From contig CBDCTJ010000007.1 of assembly GCA_965222115.1 (NCBI GenBank), forward strand, positions 352,001-416,000: a stretch of DNA of 64,000 nt, given 5' to 3'. The DNA is from Planctomycetota bacterium. GTDB lineage: Bacteria; Planctomycetota; PLA2; JAEUHO01. Of the stretch, positions 1 through 9,949 are shown one piece after another (position 1 is the first letter of the stretch; each line of letters begins with the position of its first letter). The notes beneath the pieces were generated by a model, which saw only the letters and a list, made by a program, of their open reading frames with translations, was not told the origin of the DNA and did not search any database. The translations under genes were made by a program, and so were the position numbers.

Positions 1-213
1 CGTTTGGTGGTGAGAAAGACACCGGCGGTGGGCGCGAAGCGGGCTCCGATGCATGGAAGGCCTACATGCGCCGCCAAACGTGCACCATCAACTACGGCAC
101 CGACTTACCCCTCGCCCAGGGCGTGAGTTTCGGGGATTAGTAATCGTCGTATGCAGCAAAACAAGCCTCGCGAGCACGATCGCGAGGCTTGCGGTCACAG
201 GCCCAGCCAACGC

Positions 214-2235
214 TTATCTCGTTCTCCCGGAGTCGGGAGGCGAGTGACGGATGCGATCGATTTGTTGTTCGGTGAGCGAATCCGAGCGTCGCGGTGGGCG
301 CGGGCGCGCCGTGTTCGATACGCGAAACGCGTCGTCGGTCAACTCGTCGCCAATATCGGTATTGCGCCGTATCACATCGGCGAGACGAGTTCGCTGAATC
401 GCCTCGAGTTCTGGACCACCAAACAAGCGCTCATACCAGTATCGATCGCCGTCGCGCAATCGACGAAACTGATCCGCCAGCAACCGCGCAAGGGTACGAC
501 CAACCATGGCGCCATCCACGTGGTCCTCGGCCAACAAGCCGACCCAAAGATCGATGTCTTCCACACGCTCATACGCCTCGGCGAGCTCCGCCTGCGTAGT
601 CGCGTCGGACGAGACATCTGAGAACGTGTTGATCGCGCCCAACCCAAGTTGAATGCGAACCGTTGCGTAAGACGGCAATCCGTGGTCACGGCCGCGCTGA
701 ATATTCAGCGCCGCCAAGTCCAGCCCACCCGCGCCAGGTGGACCAAAGAGGAAGCTACGCACGTCTTCGACGATCTTGGTGTCGATGCGCTCGCATGCCT
801 GCGCGGCCAAGCCACGCAGTACCTCATCGATCCCGCCCTCGGTAACAAGCCGCTCGGGACGGAAGAACGCATCGCGTAGCGACAGGTGACCGTGAACGCT
901 TTCCTGCCCCTCTGCATCGAGGCGCAACAATGTGGAAGACAACATGCTGTGGCCGAATCGGTACGCCGCGGTTGAAAACGAGTTCGCGATATCTGGACGT
1001 ACGCTTGCGTCGTACCCGCGGTACGGATCAATTGCGTTAGGGCCAAGCAACAACGGCAAAAACTCACGGTACGTGATCGCCTGCATGAGTGCGACGACGC
1101 GGCGACGCGACGCCAAGTACACATCGTCACCACTTAGCTCGGGTCGTTCTTGACGGAGCATACTCGCGATGCGATTGTGCTCTCGAACCCATAGTGTATG
1201 CATCGCCGTAAGTCCCAGTTGCTCATTGCAACGCACATCGCCTGCAAGGAACAAGCTCGGATCCGTTCCACCCGCATTCGGGAGACCTTGTAAATTGAAC
1301 GGCAGCAACTGCCCTTCGCTCATGGCCAGTGCTCCCGTGCCATCAAGTGTGCGCAGTGCTCGCGCGCGTCCTTCATCGGAACCGTACACATTGGAGCCAT
1401 CGATCCACGCCGTAATGGCATTGGTCTGCTCTCGTGGAACGCTGCCGCGTTCATAGGTGGATCGATGAAAGCCCAGCGTAACTACACCGGTACCGAACGG
1501 ATCGAACTCCGCGTCGCCTACAGGTACATCAATAGGTGCAGACTCTTCAGGATCTGCCTCCGGCGTCAAATCAATGTCGTGATCGAGGAACTGTCCCCAT
1601 TGCCAGAGCATGTCGCTCGCGCCGCGCCCATTGTCAACATGTTCGTCATGCTGCTTGCACAGCATGTTGCTGATGTGCCTTGCACTCGCCAGGTGTCCGC
1701 CCGCCAGCGTGGATAGACCGTCACCATAGGCACTCGAAAAGGTCCTACGAAGTCGAACGGCCACGCTCCCCCATTGCTCGTTCGTCGTGTTGTTATCGCG
1801 CCCATCGATCGAGCGATACGTGCGCTCAAATGCCAACGAGATCGGCTTGTCCAACGTTTGACCGTCTCCGTTGAAGACGTCCAAGGAGAACGTCGATTCG
1901 TTTCCAACACCAGGAAGCGAAGGAACACCAACCGAAATCTCGGTTCCTTCAAGTGTCACGTTGGCGGGAACCGGACCCACCGACTGTTGCGTATCCGCGT
2001 TCGTGAATGTCACACGGACCGGCTCAACAAATCCCGTTCCGGAAAGAACGAGCTCACCGCCGTCCATCGAGGGCACGGCTGGACTTGTTGACGTTACGGC
2101 AAGCGTCGTATTGCCAACGCCCATAGGTGTATTGCTCGCTGACGAACCACCAGCACCGCATCCGGAGAAGGGCGTGATCCAAAGTATGCCAAGCGCAACG
2201 ATCGCTGTGCGATGAACGGTTGCTAGTAAACGCAT
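214..2235 (-). CDS. Animal-type heme peroxidase (peroxidase-cyclooxygenase superfamily), lipoprotein with N-terminal IPT/TIG-like domain
   Basis: Motifs YRSIDGRDNN, WGQFLDHDID (distal His), TAWIDGSNVYGS, GDVRCNE, REHNR, YRFGHS (proximal His), NIQRGRDHGL, DQFRRLRDGDRYWY; lipobox-like FSGC after a hydrophobic N-terminus. Confidence 0.93.
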   Translation of the reverse strand: MRLLATVHRTAIVALGILWITPFSGCGAGGSSASNTPMGVGNTTLAVTSTSPAVPSMDGGELVLSGTGFVEPVRVTFTNADTQQSVGPVPANVTLEGTEISVGVPSLPGVGNESTFSLDVFNGDGQTLDKPISLAFERTYRSIDGRDNNTTNEQWGSVAVRLRRTFSSAYGDGLSTLAGGHLASARHISNMLCKQHDEHVDNGRGASDMLWQWGQFLDHDIDLTPEADPEESAPIDVPVGDAEFDPFGTGVVTLGFHRSTYERGSVPREQTNAITAWIDGSNVYGSDEGRARALRTLDGTGALAMSEGQLLPFNLQGLPNAGGTDPSLFLAGDVRCNEQLGLTAMHTLWVREHNRIASMLRQERPELSGDDVYLASRRRVVALMQAITYREFLPLLLGPNAIDPYRGYDASVRPDIANSFSTAAYRFGHSMLSSTLLRLDAEGQESVHGHLSLRDAFFRPERLVTEGGIDEVLRGLAAQACERIDTKIVEDVRSFLFGPPGAGGLDLAALNIQRGRDHGLPSYATVRIQLGLGAINTFSDVSSDATTQAELAEAYERVEDIDLWVGLLAEDHVDGAMVGRTLARLLADQFRRLRDGDRYWYERLFGGPELEAIQRTRLADVIRRNTDIGDELTDDAFRVSNTARPRPPRRSDSLTEQQIDRIRHSPPDSGRTR

Positions 2236-2417
2236 GAGATCGACCTCCGTAATTCGCGCGCCACAATCAGCGCGTCTACGGAGTAGGAGTACCTAAGGCG
2301 TATTGCGAGAATCTAAAGACAGAACAATTTCATGTGCCAAGATGTTGCGGAGTTCTTAAGCCGCGTAACATTCGGACGATTTCGTCTGCGACAATGTGCG
2401 TATTGAACACGGTTGTG

Positions 2418-3491
2418 CTACGAACGCTCAGTCAGCGGACCCTCAAGCACCACCTCGAGTCCGCCCCACGGCACAGGCCCCATCGTCAACGTCCATCCAT
2501 GGCGTTCGATCACGTCTCGTGCGATACTCAGTCCCAATCCACTGCCATCGGGTGTACGAGTTCGAGCCTCTGCACCCCGAAAACGCCGCTCGGTGAGCCG
2601 CGCGAGTTCGTCATCCGACACACCCGGTCCATCATCGAAGATGCGTAAGCAAAAGTGCTTCGTTCCGATGCGCGCCTCCAACACCACAATCACACGCCCA
2701 CCGTCTTGATTGTACCGAACCGCGTTGCTGATAATGTTGCTCACCGCCTGCTCAAGCAACGTCACGTCGCCTCGAACGACGACGGGCTCGGGTGGAAGTA
2801 CGGCATCAATTACGATAGAGCGCGTAAGCCCCAAGGGACGATGTCGTGCAATCGCCCGTTGGGCAAGCTCGACCAAATCCACGTTGTGTTCACTGATCTC
2901 AATTTGGTCCGCATCGAGTTTGGCCAACGCACCAAGATTCTGAACAAGGCTTCCCAGATAGTGCGTCTCTTCGATACTTGAACGAATGAGGAGCTCTTCG
3001 GTAATCGCGTCGAGCGCAATGTCATTCGCCTCGCGTCTCGCCTGATTGCGCTTGAGCTCCATCAAGTGCCCTTGAAGCACGGTAAGTGGTGTCATCACAT
3101 CATGGGTTGTGTTCGCCACGAACGCTCGCAGCGTTTCTTCCCGAGCTGACAGTTCGCTCATTTGGGTTCGAACACTTTCTCCCGCCGCGTTGAACGCATG
3201 CGCCAGTGCGGCGATTTCGTCTGACCCTTCCGCGCGAATGTCTTTGTCGTATTGCGTCTTTGCGGCAATCTCAACATCCCTTGTGAGTCGCCCGATTCGA
3301 CGCAAAATCGGCCCCACCGCAAGCAAGAGTGCGCCCAAAAGACCGGCTACAAGTGCAAGCGCTCCCCATAAGGTAGCGCGTGCCGAGAGCCCCGTATCAC
3401 GTACAAAATGGTCATGCAGCCAAAGCCATCCCAGGATCAATGGAATTGCGACAGCCAGAAAGACCAGGACGAGGCGCACTCGAATGCCCAT
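2418..3491 (-). CDS. Membrane sensor histidine kinase (2 TM, HAMP, HisKA, HATPase)
   Basis: H-box THDVMTPL, N-box NIISNAVRYN, DDGPG, GSGLGLSI; start placed at MGIRVRL just after the regulator stop. Confidence 0.93.
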   Translation of the reverse strand: MGIRVRLVLVFLAVAIPLILGWLWLHDHFVRDTGLSARATLWGALALVAGLLGALLLAVGPILRRIGRLTRDVEIAAKTQYDKDIRAEGSDEIAALAHAFNAAGESVRTQMSELSAREETLRAFVANTTHDVMTPLTVLQGHLMELKRNQARREANDIALDAITEELLIRSSIEETHYLGSLVQNLGALAKLDADQIEISEHNVDLVELAQRAIARHRPLGLTRSIVIDAVLPPEPVVVRGDVTLLEQAVSNIISNAVRYNQDGGRVIVVLEARIGTKHFCLRIFDDGPGVSDDELARLTERRFRGAEARTRTPDGSGLGLSIARDVIERHGWTLTMGPVPWGGLEVVLEGPLTERS

Positions 3492-3493
3492 TC

Positions 3494-4159
3494 CTAGTTT
3501 GGGAATTCCAATCGGTAGCCGACGCCCCAAACGGTAGCGATGCATGATGCATGCTCGCCAAGCTTCTTTCGAAGTCGTGACATGTGTACGTCGAGTGTGC
3601 GCTCGGTCCCCTCCCGATTGGGATCAAGTACGTGATCCGCCAACCAGCTTCTGGGAATCGCAGTGCCCGCCCGAGAAGCCAATGCAGCAAGGAGATCGAA
3701 CTCAATGGGCGTGAGTGATACAAGCTCTCCATCGACTGCTAGTTTTCGTCCCTCTAAGTCCACAATCAATGGACCCATTTCTATTCGTCCTTTGCGCTGC
3801 AGCGTGGGTCGACGCAGGCGTGCACGCACGCGGGCGAGCAGTTCATCAGGCCAAAACGGTTTCGTCACAAAGTCGTCGGCGCCGAGTTTCAACGCTCGTA
3901 CTTTGTCGTGGGTCTCGTTTCTCGCACTGAGCACGAGGACGGGAACGTCGTACGTGCTTCGTAGCTGCTTTAGCACGTCGAGCCCGTGCGCACCCGGCAA
4001 CATGAGGTCGAGGATCACGAGACTGTATGCATCCTTATCGTGCGCGATGGCCTCAGTTCCGTTCTTGATCCACCGCGTATCAAATCCGTCTCGGCGCAAA
4101 TGCTCGACGACCTGAGCGCCAAGCCTTTCGTCATCTTCGACCAATAGAATTGTATGCAA
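3494..4159 (-). CDS. OmpR/PhoB-family response regulator
   Basis: LLVEDD, LDLMLPG, GADDFVTKPF, winged helix RTLDVHMSRLRKKL and TVWGVGY; TTG start inferred. Confidence 0.93.
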   Translation of the reverse strand: MHTILLVEDDERLGAQVVEHLRRDGFDTRWIKNGTEAIAHDKDAYSLVILDLMLPGAHGLDVLKQLRSTYDVPVLVLSARNETHDKVRALKLGADDFVTKPFWPDELLARVRARLRRPTLQRKGRIEMGPLIVDLEGRKLAVDGELVSLTPIEFDLLAALASRAGTAIPRSWLADHVLDPNREGTERTLDVHMSRLRKKLGEHASCIATVWGVGYRLEFPN

Positions 4160-4333
4160 TGGTTCTCGCAGCGAACTCGTGTAGCGGTTGTGCGTTAGGT
4201 GTACCCGATCGCAGGCAACCATTGCAATTCCAACACACGACAAATCGGCCGCGCCTTAAGAGTTTCGAAAGGTCTTACGAGCGAGACCTCACTGCAGGGC
4301 AAGACGAAAGGCAGCATACCGTACGCCAAAGCA

Positions 4334-5905
4334 CTAACGCCACTTCGGCGTTCGCGTGAGTACGCGCGCTGGCAGGCGCGACGAGGACGAGCCAAACGTG
4401 GGCTTGGGCGAGCCGCCGCGATTGGGGCCCGGCAGCAACGTGTTACGCATGTCGCTGACTTCACTTGCGGTAAACGGCACGGCGTTGGGGGTACTCAAAT
4501 CGGAATCGGAGAGCCCGCCCGATGGATACATAAGCGTATCGGGTGAAATGTTGTGACCCAGCCCCACGCTATGGGCAATCTCGTGGGCCGTCGTGAGCGC
4601 AAGTCCACGCATGAACCATGTCATGAGTTCATCGAGCGTGTCGTGCCGGTTACCGGACGATGGTCGATCATAGAGCATGTCAGCGATAATCGTTTCGTCG
4701 GCGGTCGAAACACGAGCACCACCACTGAGCATCATGCCAGACTGCCAGTTTTCAAAGAGATCGGCGATCTCATCTACGAACGTACCCAGTCGGTCGCCGT
4801 CGGTTCCACCATCGTGCTCTACGAAGGGATTGCCAGGATCTTCCCACGCACGACCTAACGCTGAATCCCCGGGTGAGGCAAGATCGGCGATTTCCATGAT
4901 GCTGTATTCGTTGGCGCTGGCCGGACCATACCCGGCCTCCGGCGGTGCCGTATACATCGAAGGATTGGGTTGAAAATAGGGAAATGAAATCGCAAGCCCG
5001 TTTGCGCCCTCGGTCCCGTCGCCGTTGCGCAGGTAAATCAAATTGACTTCACGTAGGAGGTATACCCGCGCTGTCATTTCGACAAGCCGCTCAAGCCGTT
5101 CGTAGTCCTCGGTAGATCCGGGCGAGGACGGCAACAGGCCCACAAACGAAAGCGCACTCAGAAAATCGGTATCAAAGGTATGCGTGCCGCGCTTCTTCGC
5201 GGTGGAGATCCACCATACGTCCGTTGTGCCAAAGCGCGCAATGTGATCGGCGGCGGGGTTCTCGGACACCGAAATCGACACGGTGGCTTCCGCACCGGTG
5301 CCATCGTCCACAACGCGAAGTGTGTCCGTAGAACTTGTGGTTGCTCCGGGTACCCAGGTTGCAGTGCCCGCGGCGTTATCTACTGCGGAATAGCTGCCCG
5401 CGCTCCCATTGGTAGACACGCTAAACGTGACAGGGCCGGTCTCACCAATTGCTTCCACAAATACCGGAGCGCCGCTCCACGCTTCACCGCCCGTCGTGCC
5501 ACTGGTGACACGAAGTGCGAAATCTTCGACGTCAAATGTGTAGTTCTTGGATGTACTTGTGGATGCGTCGGTCACTTCAATGGTGACGGAAAAGCTGCCC
5601 TCACTTGTGGGCGTACCACTAACGACCCCGGCAGGCGAGAGCGTCACGCCCGCAGGAAACGCGCCGCCGGAGCGCGTCCACGTCACCGCGCCATTGGTAT
5701 GGATGGCCTGCATCTGCACCGAGCTATAGACCGTGTTGACGACACCATCGGGAAGTGTGGCCGTTTGAATGGTGAGCACCGGTGCAGGCGTCGAATCGTC
5801 ACCGCCTCCACCCGTTCCACATGCGGAAACGGAGCAGAGGGCGGCAACGGCGAGTACGAAGGATGCGTATCGTTGGCGTAGCGACACGCGGTCTTGAGTT
5901 GACAT
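4334..5905 (-). CDS. Lipoprotein with putative Ig (He_PIG-like) domain and C-terminal metzincin zinc metalloprotease
   Basis: Lipobox VSAC; TLPDG...GVTLSPAGVVSGTPT Ig motif; HEIAHSVGLGH plus Met-turn LMYP. Confidence 0.82.
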   Translation of the reverse strand: MSTQDRVSLRQRYASFVLAVAALCSVSACGTGGGGDDSTPAPVLTIQTATLPDGVVNTVYSSVQMQAIHTNGAVTWTRSGGAFPAGVTLSPAGVVSGTPTSEGSFSVTIEVTDASTSTSKNYTFDVEDFALRVTSGTTGGEAWSGAPVFVEAIGETGPVTFSVSTNGSAGSYSAVDNAAGTATWVPGATTSSTDTLRVVDDGTGAEATVSISVSENPAADHIARFGTTDVWWISTAKKRGTHTFDTDFLSALSFVGLLPSSPGSTEDYERLERLVEMTARVYLLREVNLIYLRNGDGTEGANGLAISFPYFQPNPSMYTAPPEAGYGPASANEYSIMEIADLASPGDSALGRAWEDPGNPFVEHDGGTDGDRLGTFVDEIADLFENWQSGMMLSGGARVSTADETIIADMLYDRPSSGNRHDTLDELMTWFMRGLALTTAHEIAHSVGLGHNISPDTLMYPSGGLSDSDLSTPNAVPFTASEVSDMRNTLLPGPNRGGSPKPTFGSSSSRLPARVLTRTPKWR

Positions 5906-5959
5906 GGCGATGCTCCGATATTCCTTGGCTCAGGTAGCCAAATTCTACATCGGTGTGTA

Positions 5960-6691
5960 TTAGACGAGTCTTGGAGAAACGGCAGGACGCTGGACGGGAA
6001 GATCTCGTTGAGGATCAAGCCCGTCGAGGACCGATGCCACTGCATCATCCATGCCCTGCCAACTGAAGTAACCGAGTTGCATATGATCCGGCGCGTGATC
6101 GGGCGGGACGCCATCGCGCGGCGGTCGATGCCGCCCATCGGTCGTGACGTTGATGTTGATCGCCCCGGGAACCGGGGAACCCGCGTACCAGAGCGGGTAA
6201 CCGGTACATCGCTTCCAGCAACCGTTTCGTTGGTAGACGTTCACGATGGTCGTGTTGGGCGCATCGGCAAACCGCACGCGTGAACGGAGCGTTCGCACCG
6301 GATCCAACACGCCAACGCGCAAGGAGACGGCCTCGGGCGTAAGTGCGGGATGCAGTCGCCAGGGTGCCCGCACGAGCCTCGAAGCAAGTTGCAAGGCGGT
6401 CCAACCGCCCCAACTGAAGCCCACGATCCGCACGTCTACGCGTGCCGATGGATCGCGATCCCTCAGCGTGGGTGAAACACTCAGGCCTTCGCGCACTTGC
6501 GCCTGAAGTGACTGCCACGCGCGTCCGCGTGCTCGTGAAGCGAACACATACTCCGTTCGGCGATGTACCGCGCGGCGCCATCCGCAGTCGCGCCCATCTT
6601 GAAACGCCCCGAGCAGTGCCACCTTCGCTACAACCGGTTGCGGTGACGTCTCGTGCGAGCTCGTTTCGCCTGCATTCATCTTGATGGACAA
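5960..6691 (-). CDS. Putative alpha/beta hydrolase
   Basis: GFSWG nucleophile elbow, LDPV, late His (DH); start uncertain. Confidence 0.6.
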   Translation of the reverse strand: MSIKMNAGETSSHETSPQPVVAKVALLGAFQDGRDCGWRRAVHRRTEYVFASRARGRAWQSLQAQVREGLSVSPTLRDRDPSARVDVRIVGFSWGGWTALQLASRLVRAPWRLHPALTPEAVSLRVGVLDPVRTLRSRVRFADAPNTTIVNVYQRNGCWKRCTGYPLWYAGSPVPGAININVTTDGRHRPPRDGVPPDHAPDHMQLGYFSWQGMDDAVASVLDGLDPQRDLPVQRPAVSPRLV

Positions 6692-6755
6692 CTGCTCCGA
6701 CGCGGTCGACGTGTCACTCTAGCCCGTCCTAGGGGTAACGCCCGAACAAACGCCA

Positions 6756-7520
6756 CTACGTAGCAAGGTCGGGATCCTCGTCGGTCACTTCATCGTCGCG
6801 ATCCCGGATGGCGCGCTCGGCTTGACGTAGCCGATCCACGCGCCCCACGTCGTACCAAAGGTGTTCATCGACACGGAACGCACGAATCGGATGGCGCGCC
6901 GCCGCCAATCGCATGTAGGGATCGAGAATAGAGAACACGCCCTGCTCTACGATCAAGTCGAGCATCTTGGGCGAGATGACGTGGATGCCGCCAAAGGACA
7001 GTTCCCGCATGGAGCCTTCGGGACGTCGCACAACAAACATAAAGCCCGTTGTGCGATGCCCGCGACCACACAACCCAAAGTCATCGAAGATCAAGTAGCG
7101 CGGCGAGTTGCGTGACGCAATAGCCAGTGTGGCCATGGCGTCGTTCTCGATGTGATCATTGACCATGGCCCGGAGAGGAATGGCGGAAATGATATCGACA
7201 TTGTGAACAAGAATGGGACCACGGGGTTTCAGTCGCTCTGCGGCACACGCAAATCCACCTCCGGTGCCATAGGGCTCCTCGTCTTCCGGCGAGAACACCA
7301 CCTCAATGCCGTAGCCGTTCTTGGACTCCACATGTTCGCGAATCGCGTCGGCAAAGTGGTGCAGATTGACTGCGACGCGTGTAACGCCCGCATCAATCAG
7401 GCGGCGCATGACGCGATCGAGAAGGGGCTCACCGGCAAGCGACACAAGCGCTTTGGGCGTACGGTCCGTCATCGGTCGTAGGCGCGTACCAAACCCAGCC
7501 GCTAAGACGATTGCGTCCAT
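6756..7520 (-). CDS. murU: Nucleotidyltransferase, MurU-like (MurNAc-1-P uridylyltransferase)
   Basis: LAAGFGTRLRPMT..PKAL, VNLHH, GTGGG, HNVDI, WYDVG; directly downstream of the AmgK-like kinase. Confidence 0.75.
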   Translation of the reverse strand: MDAIVLAAGFGTRLRPMTDRTPKALVSLAGEPLLDRVMRRLIDAGVTRVAVNLHHFADAIREHVESKNGYGIEVVFSPEDEEPYGTGGGFACAAERLKPRGPILVHNVDIISAIPLRAMVNDHIENDAMATLAIASRNSPRYLIFDDFGLCGRGHRTTGFMFVVRRPEGSMRELSFGGIHVISPKMLDLIVEQGVFSILDPYMRLAAARHPIRAFRVDEHLWYDVGRVDRLRQAERAIRDRDDEVTDEDPDLAT

Positions 7521-7608
7521 CCGCCGTACGGTACCACCGAGTCGATCATGTCGTCACAGCTGATGTTGTTTTGCGTGCGATCCACTCTCATGAAACAAAA
7601 ATTCTACA

Positions 7609-9054
7609 CTACGTGGGCCATCGCTCGCGCTCGGCGTGTTCCACCGACACCGAAACGTCGAGTGGGGATGAACGCAACAATGCCGCAAGGCGCTCCGCGA
7701 AATACACCGATCGATGTTGTCCGCCTGTACAGCCGAAGTGAATCGAGAGATTCCGAAAGCCACGTGCCTGATAGGCCGCAATGTGCCGACGACTCAGATC
7801 AAGAACATGTGCAAACCAACCCTCAACATCAGGACGCCCACGAAGAAACGTATGGACATTCTCATCGAGCCCCGTGGACGTGCGCATGGAGGCTTGCCGA
7901 CCCGGGTTTTCGATCAACCGACAATCAAATGTGTAGCCGCCCCCGTGCCCGCTGGGGTCCCAGGGTGCGCCCACGCGATAACTGAAACTGAGCACGTGCA
8001 CGTGGAGCTTCTTAGAACCATGGGTACGCGGGGCGTGAGGCCACCGGGTTCGAAGGCGCGCCACGATTTGTGTAAGCTCCGGCGACGCATCGAAAATGGG
8101 TGTGTTTTCGTGGAGCCAACCCAGATTGGTCACCGCATGCGGAATGCTCTGCACAAAGTGAGGCTTTCGCTGGTGAATCCCCAGATAGCCGTAGGCCCCC
8201 ATCGCCTGCAGGATTCGCAACAAGACAAAGTCGTAGAATCGCTTGGACACATCGTCGGCCAGGGCCGGGTCGTGCGCGCGTAGCCGATCGACATAGGCTT
8301 CGAGCAGCTGCTCACGAACATCGGGTGGCATCGCGGCCTTGCCGTCAAAGAGCAGTGCCGCAATGTCGTAGTGCAACGGACCGTGTCGCCCCCCTTGGAA
8401 GTCGATGGTCCATACGCGATCGTCATGAAGCATGAGGTTTCGCGACTGAAAATCGCGATGCAGAAAAAACGACGCCGGCGCGGCCTCAAGCCGAGCAAGC
8501 AAGGCCTGCAGGTCGTCCTCCAGGCGTGCTTCATGAAAGGGAATGTGCGCGAGCTTCAAGAAGCAATACTTGAAGTAATCAACATCCCAGCGCATGGATT
8601 GCCGATCAAATGTCGCGCGCGGGTAACAGCGAGACGTGTCGAGAGTCTTTGCGGCACCGAGCTGCATCGCAACCAGTAGATCCAAGGCCTGCTCGTAGTG
8701 GGCGAGAATCGACGTGGTGAACGGCGACGACGCGTGGTTCTTTCGCGCGGACTCCAGTGCGCGAAAGAGCGTCGTATCGCCCAGATCCTGCAAGAGGTAC
8801 GCATGGCCATCGCTCGCCACGCGAAGGACACGCGGCACCGCAACCCCGGCACCACGCAGTGTTTCGGCGATCGACAAAAAGGCCCGGTTCTCATCCAAGT
8901 CGTGGCCGTAGGCGCCGATCACCGACGTTCCATCGCGGTGCGTCATGCGCACATAGCGGCGCTGACTCCCGTCACCCGCGAGTGCGGTCAACGCGTCTGG
9001 CTCGGCATCAAAGTGCGCGCGAAAGAGCTTCGAAAACGCTTCGACCATCGACAT
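7609..9054 (-). CDS. amgK: AmgK-like anomeric sugar kinase (APH fold) fused to a RapZ C-terminal domain
   Basis: GDGSQRRYVR, QDLGD, HRDFQSRN, IDFQG, YDIAALL; C-terminus SFSY...FDCR...NPGR...FGCTGGQHRSVY is the RapZ-C signature; start trimmed to MSMVEAF. Confidence 0.82.
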   Translation of the reverse strand: MSMVEAFSKLFRAHFDAEPDALTALAGDGSQRRYVRMTHRDGTSVIGAYGHDLDENRAFLSIAETLRGAGVAVPRVLRVASDGHAYLLQDLGDTTLFRALESARKNHASSPFTTSILAHYEQALDLLVAMQLGAAKTLDTSRCYPRATFDRQSMRWDVDYFKYCFLKLAHIPFHEARLEDDLQALLARLEAAPASFFLHRDFQSRNLMLHDDRVWTIDFQGGRHGPLHYDIAALLFDGKAAMPPDVREQLLEAYVDRLRAHDPALADDVSKRFYDFVLLRILQAMGAYGYLGIHQRKPHFVQSIPHAVTNLGWLHENTPIFDASPELTQIVARLRTRWPHAPRTHGSKKLHVHVLSFSYRVGAPWDPSGHGGGYTFDCRLIENPGRQASMRTSTGLDENVHTFLRGRPDVEGWFAHVLDLSRRHIAAYQARGFRNLSIHFGCTGGQHRSVYFAERLAALLRSSPLDVSVSVEHAERERWPT

Positions 9055-9202
9055 CCTCGGGAACCGGGGGCAGGGACGTGGCAAGTGTAGCCGCCGAGGA
9101 AAAACCGCCGTGCTTCTTGGTGGCGAAACCAACAAATGCGACCACGTGGTTGAGTTCACGATACGCTGGCAGGCAGCCGCATTGGACCCGAGGGCAAACC
9201 GC

Positions 9203-9529
9203 ATGACGCAACCGCCACCCCCACAGCGTGCGCAACGCAAACAGCGAAGCGCGGGATCTCGACTGACACGATGGTTCGCATGGGTGTTTGGCCCCTCCGT
9301 CATCGTGGGCGCCGCGGTCTGGTTCCTCCTGCGCGACCGCGCCGAGGGCAACAAGCCTCTGATCGTGGCGCTCGTCGCCGCCATACTTTTCGCCTTCCTC
9401 TGGCAGTGGCTGCGCATGCGGCTCACCAAAACCGGCCGCGGCATGGCCTACGCCATGCGGTCCATGTTTCTAGCGTTGCTCTTCGTGGGTGCGGTAGTGG
9501 CAGCGACGTATTTCTTTTGGATTCGGTAG
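9203..9529 (+). CDS. Small membrane protein (3 predicted TM segments)
   Basis: Three hydrophobic stretches; divergent from amgK. Confidence 0.6.
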   Translation: MTQPPPPQRAQRKQRSAGSRLTRWFAWVFGPSVIVGAAVWFLLRDRAEGNKPLIVALVAAILFAFLWQWLRMRLTKTGRGMAYAMRSMFLALLFVGAVVAATYFFWIR

Positions 9530-9536
9530 CTCGTCA

Positions 9537-9603
9537 GGGAGAGGCCGGCTAATTCCTGTGGCCGGAACTACAGCGCTCAAGGAGTCGTTGAGGGACACAC
9601 TCG
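9537..9603 (-). repeat. Left copy of inverted end sequence (IS-end-like or recombination site)
   Basis: 9583-9603 AGTCGTTGAGGGACACACTCG matches the reverse complement of 12504-12524 at 19/21; GGGAGAGGCCG (9537-9547) is the exact reverse complement of 12562-12572. Confidence 0.8.
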
Positions 9604-9690
9604 TAAGTTAAGCGGAACGTGTGGATCTTATCCGTACGCCGTGTCTCCACAGTATCCCTTATCTCGGTGGCGGCAGGTTATGCGGGCCGT

Positions 9691-9931
9691 GCGATGAGTC
9701 AAAGGTCACGAAGTTGGTGGGAAAATACTCGGCTCCGTATCTTGCGTAATAAGCGACACGTATACGTGCAAGCTGATTGCTGTACCTTTCAAGCAAGCTC
9801 GCGCCTCCGCTTCTACGTTGACGGCGCTCGCAAGGGCTCCAGTCCAAAGTCACTAAGTTGGTGGGAAAATACCCGGCTCCGTATCCTGCGGTAAGCGCGA
9901 TGAGTCGAAGGTTACGAAGTTGGTGGGAAAA
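9691..9931. repeat. Three imperfect direct repeats with core AAGTTGGTGGGAAAA
   Basis: Core at 9711, 9855, 9917; copies 1 and 2 share the downstream TAC(T/C)CGGCTCCGTATC(T/C)TGCG; copies 1 and 3 share the upstream GCGATGAGTC(A/G)AAGGT(C/T)ACG. Confidence 0.85.
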
Positions 9932-9949
9932 AGGGCGGCTGGGTACCCT

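Noticed and set aside
9691-9931. CRISPR array
   Set aside because: Only three copies, irregular spacing, shared rather than unique intervening sequence, no cas genes
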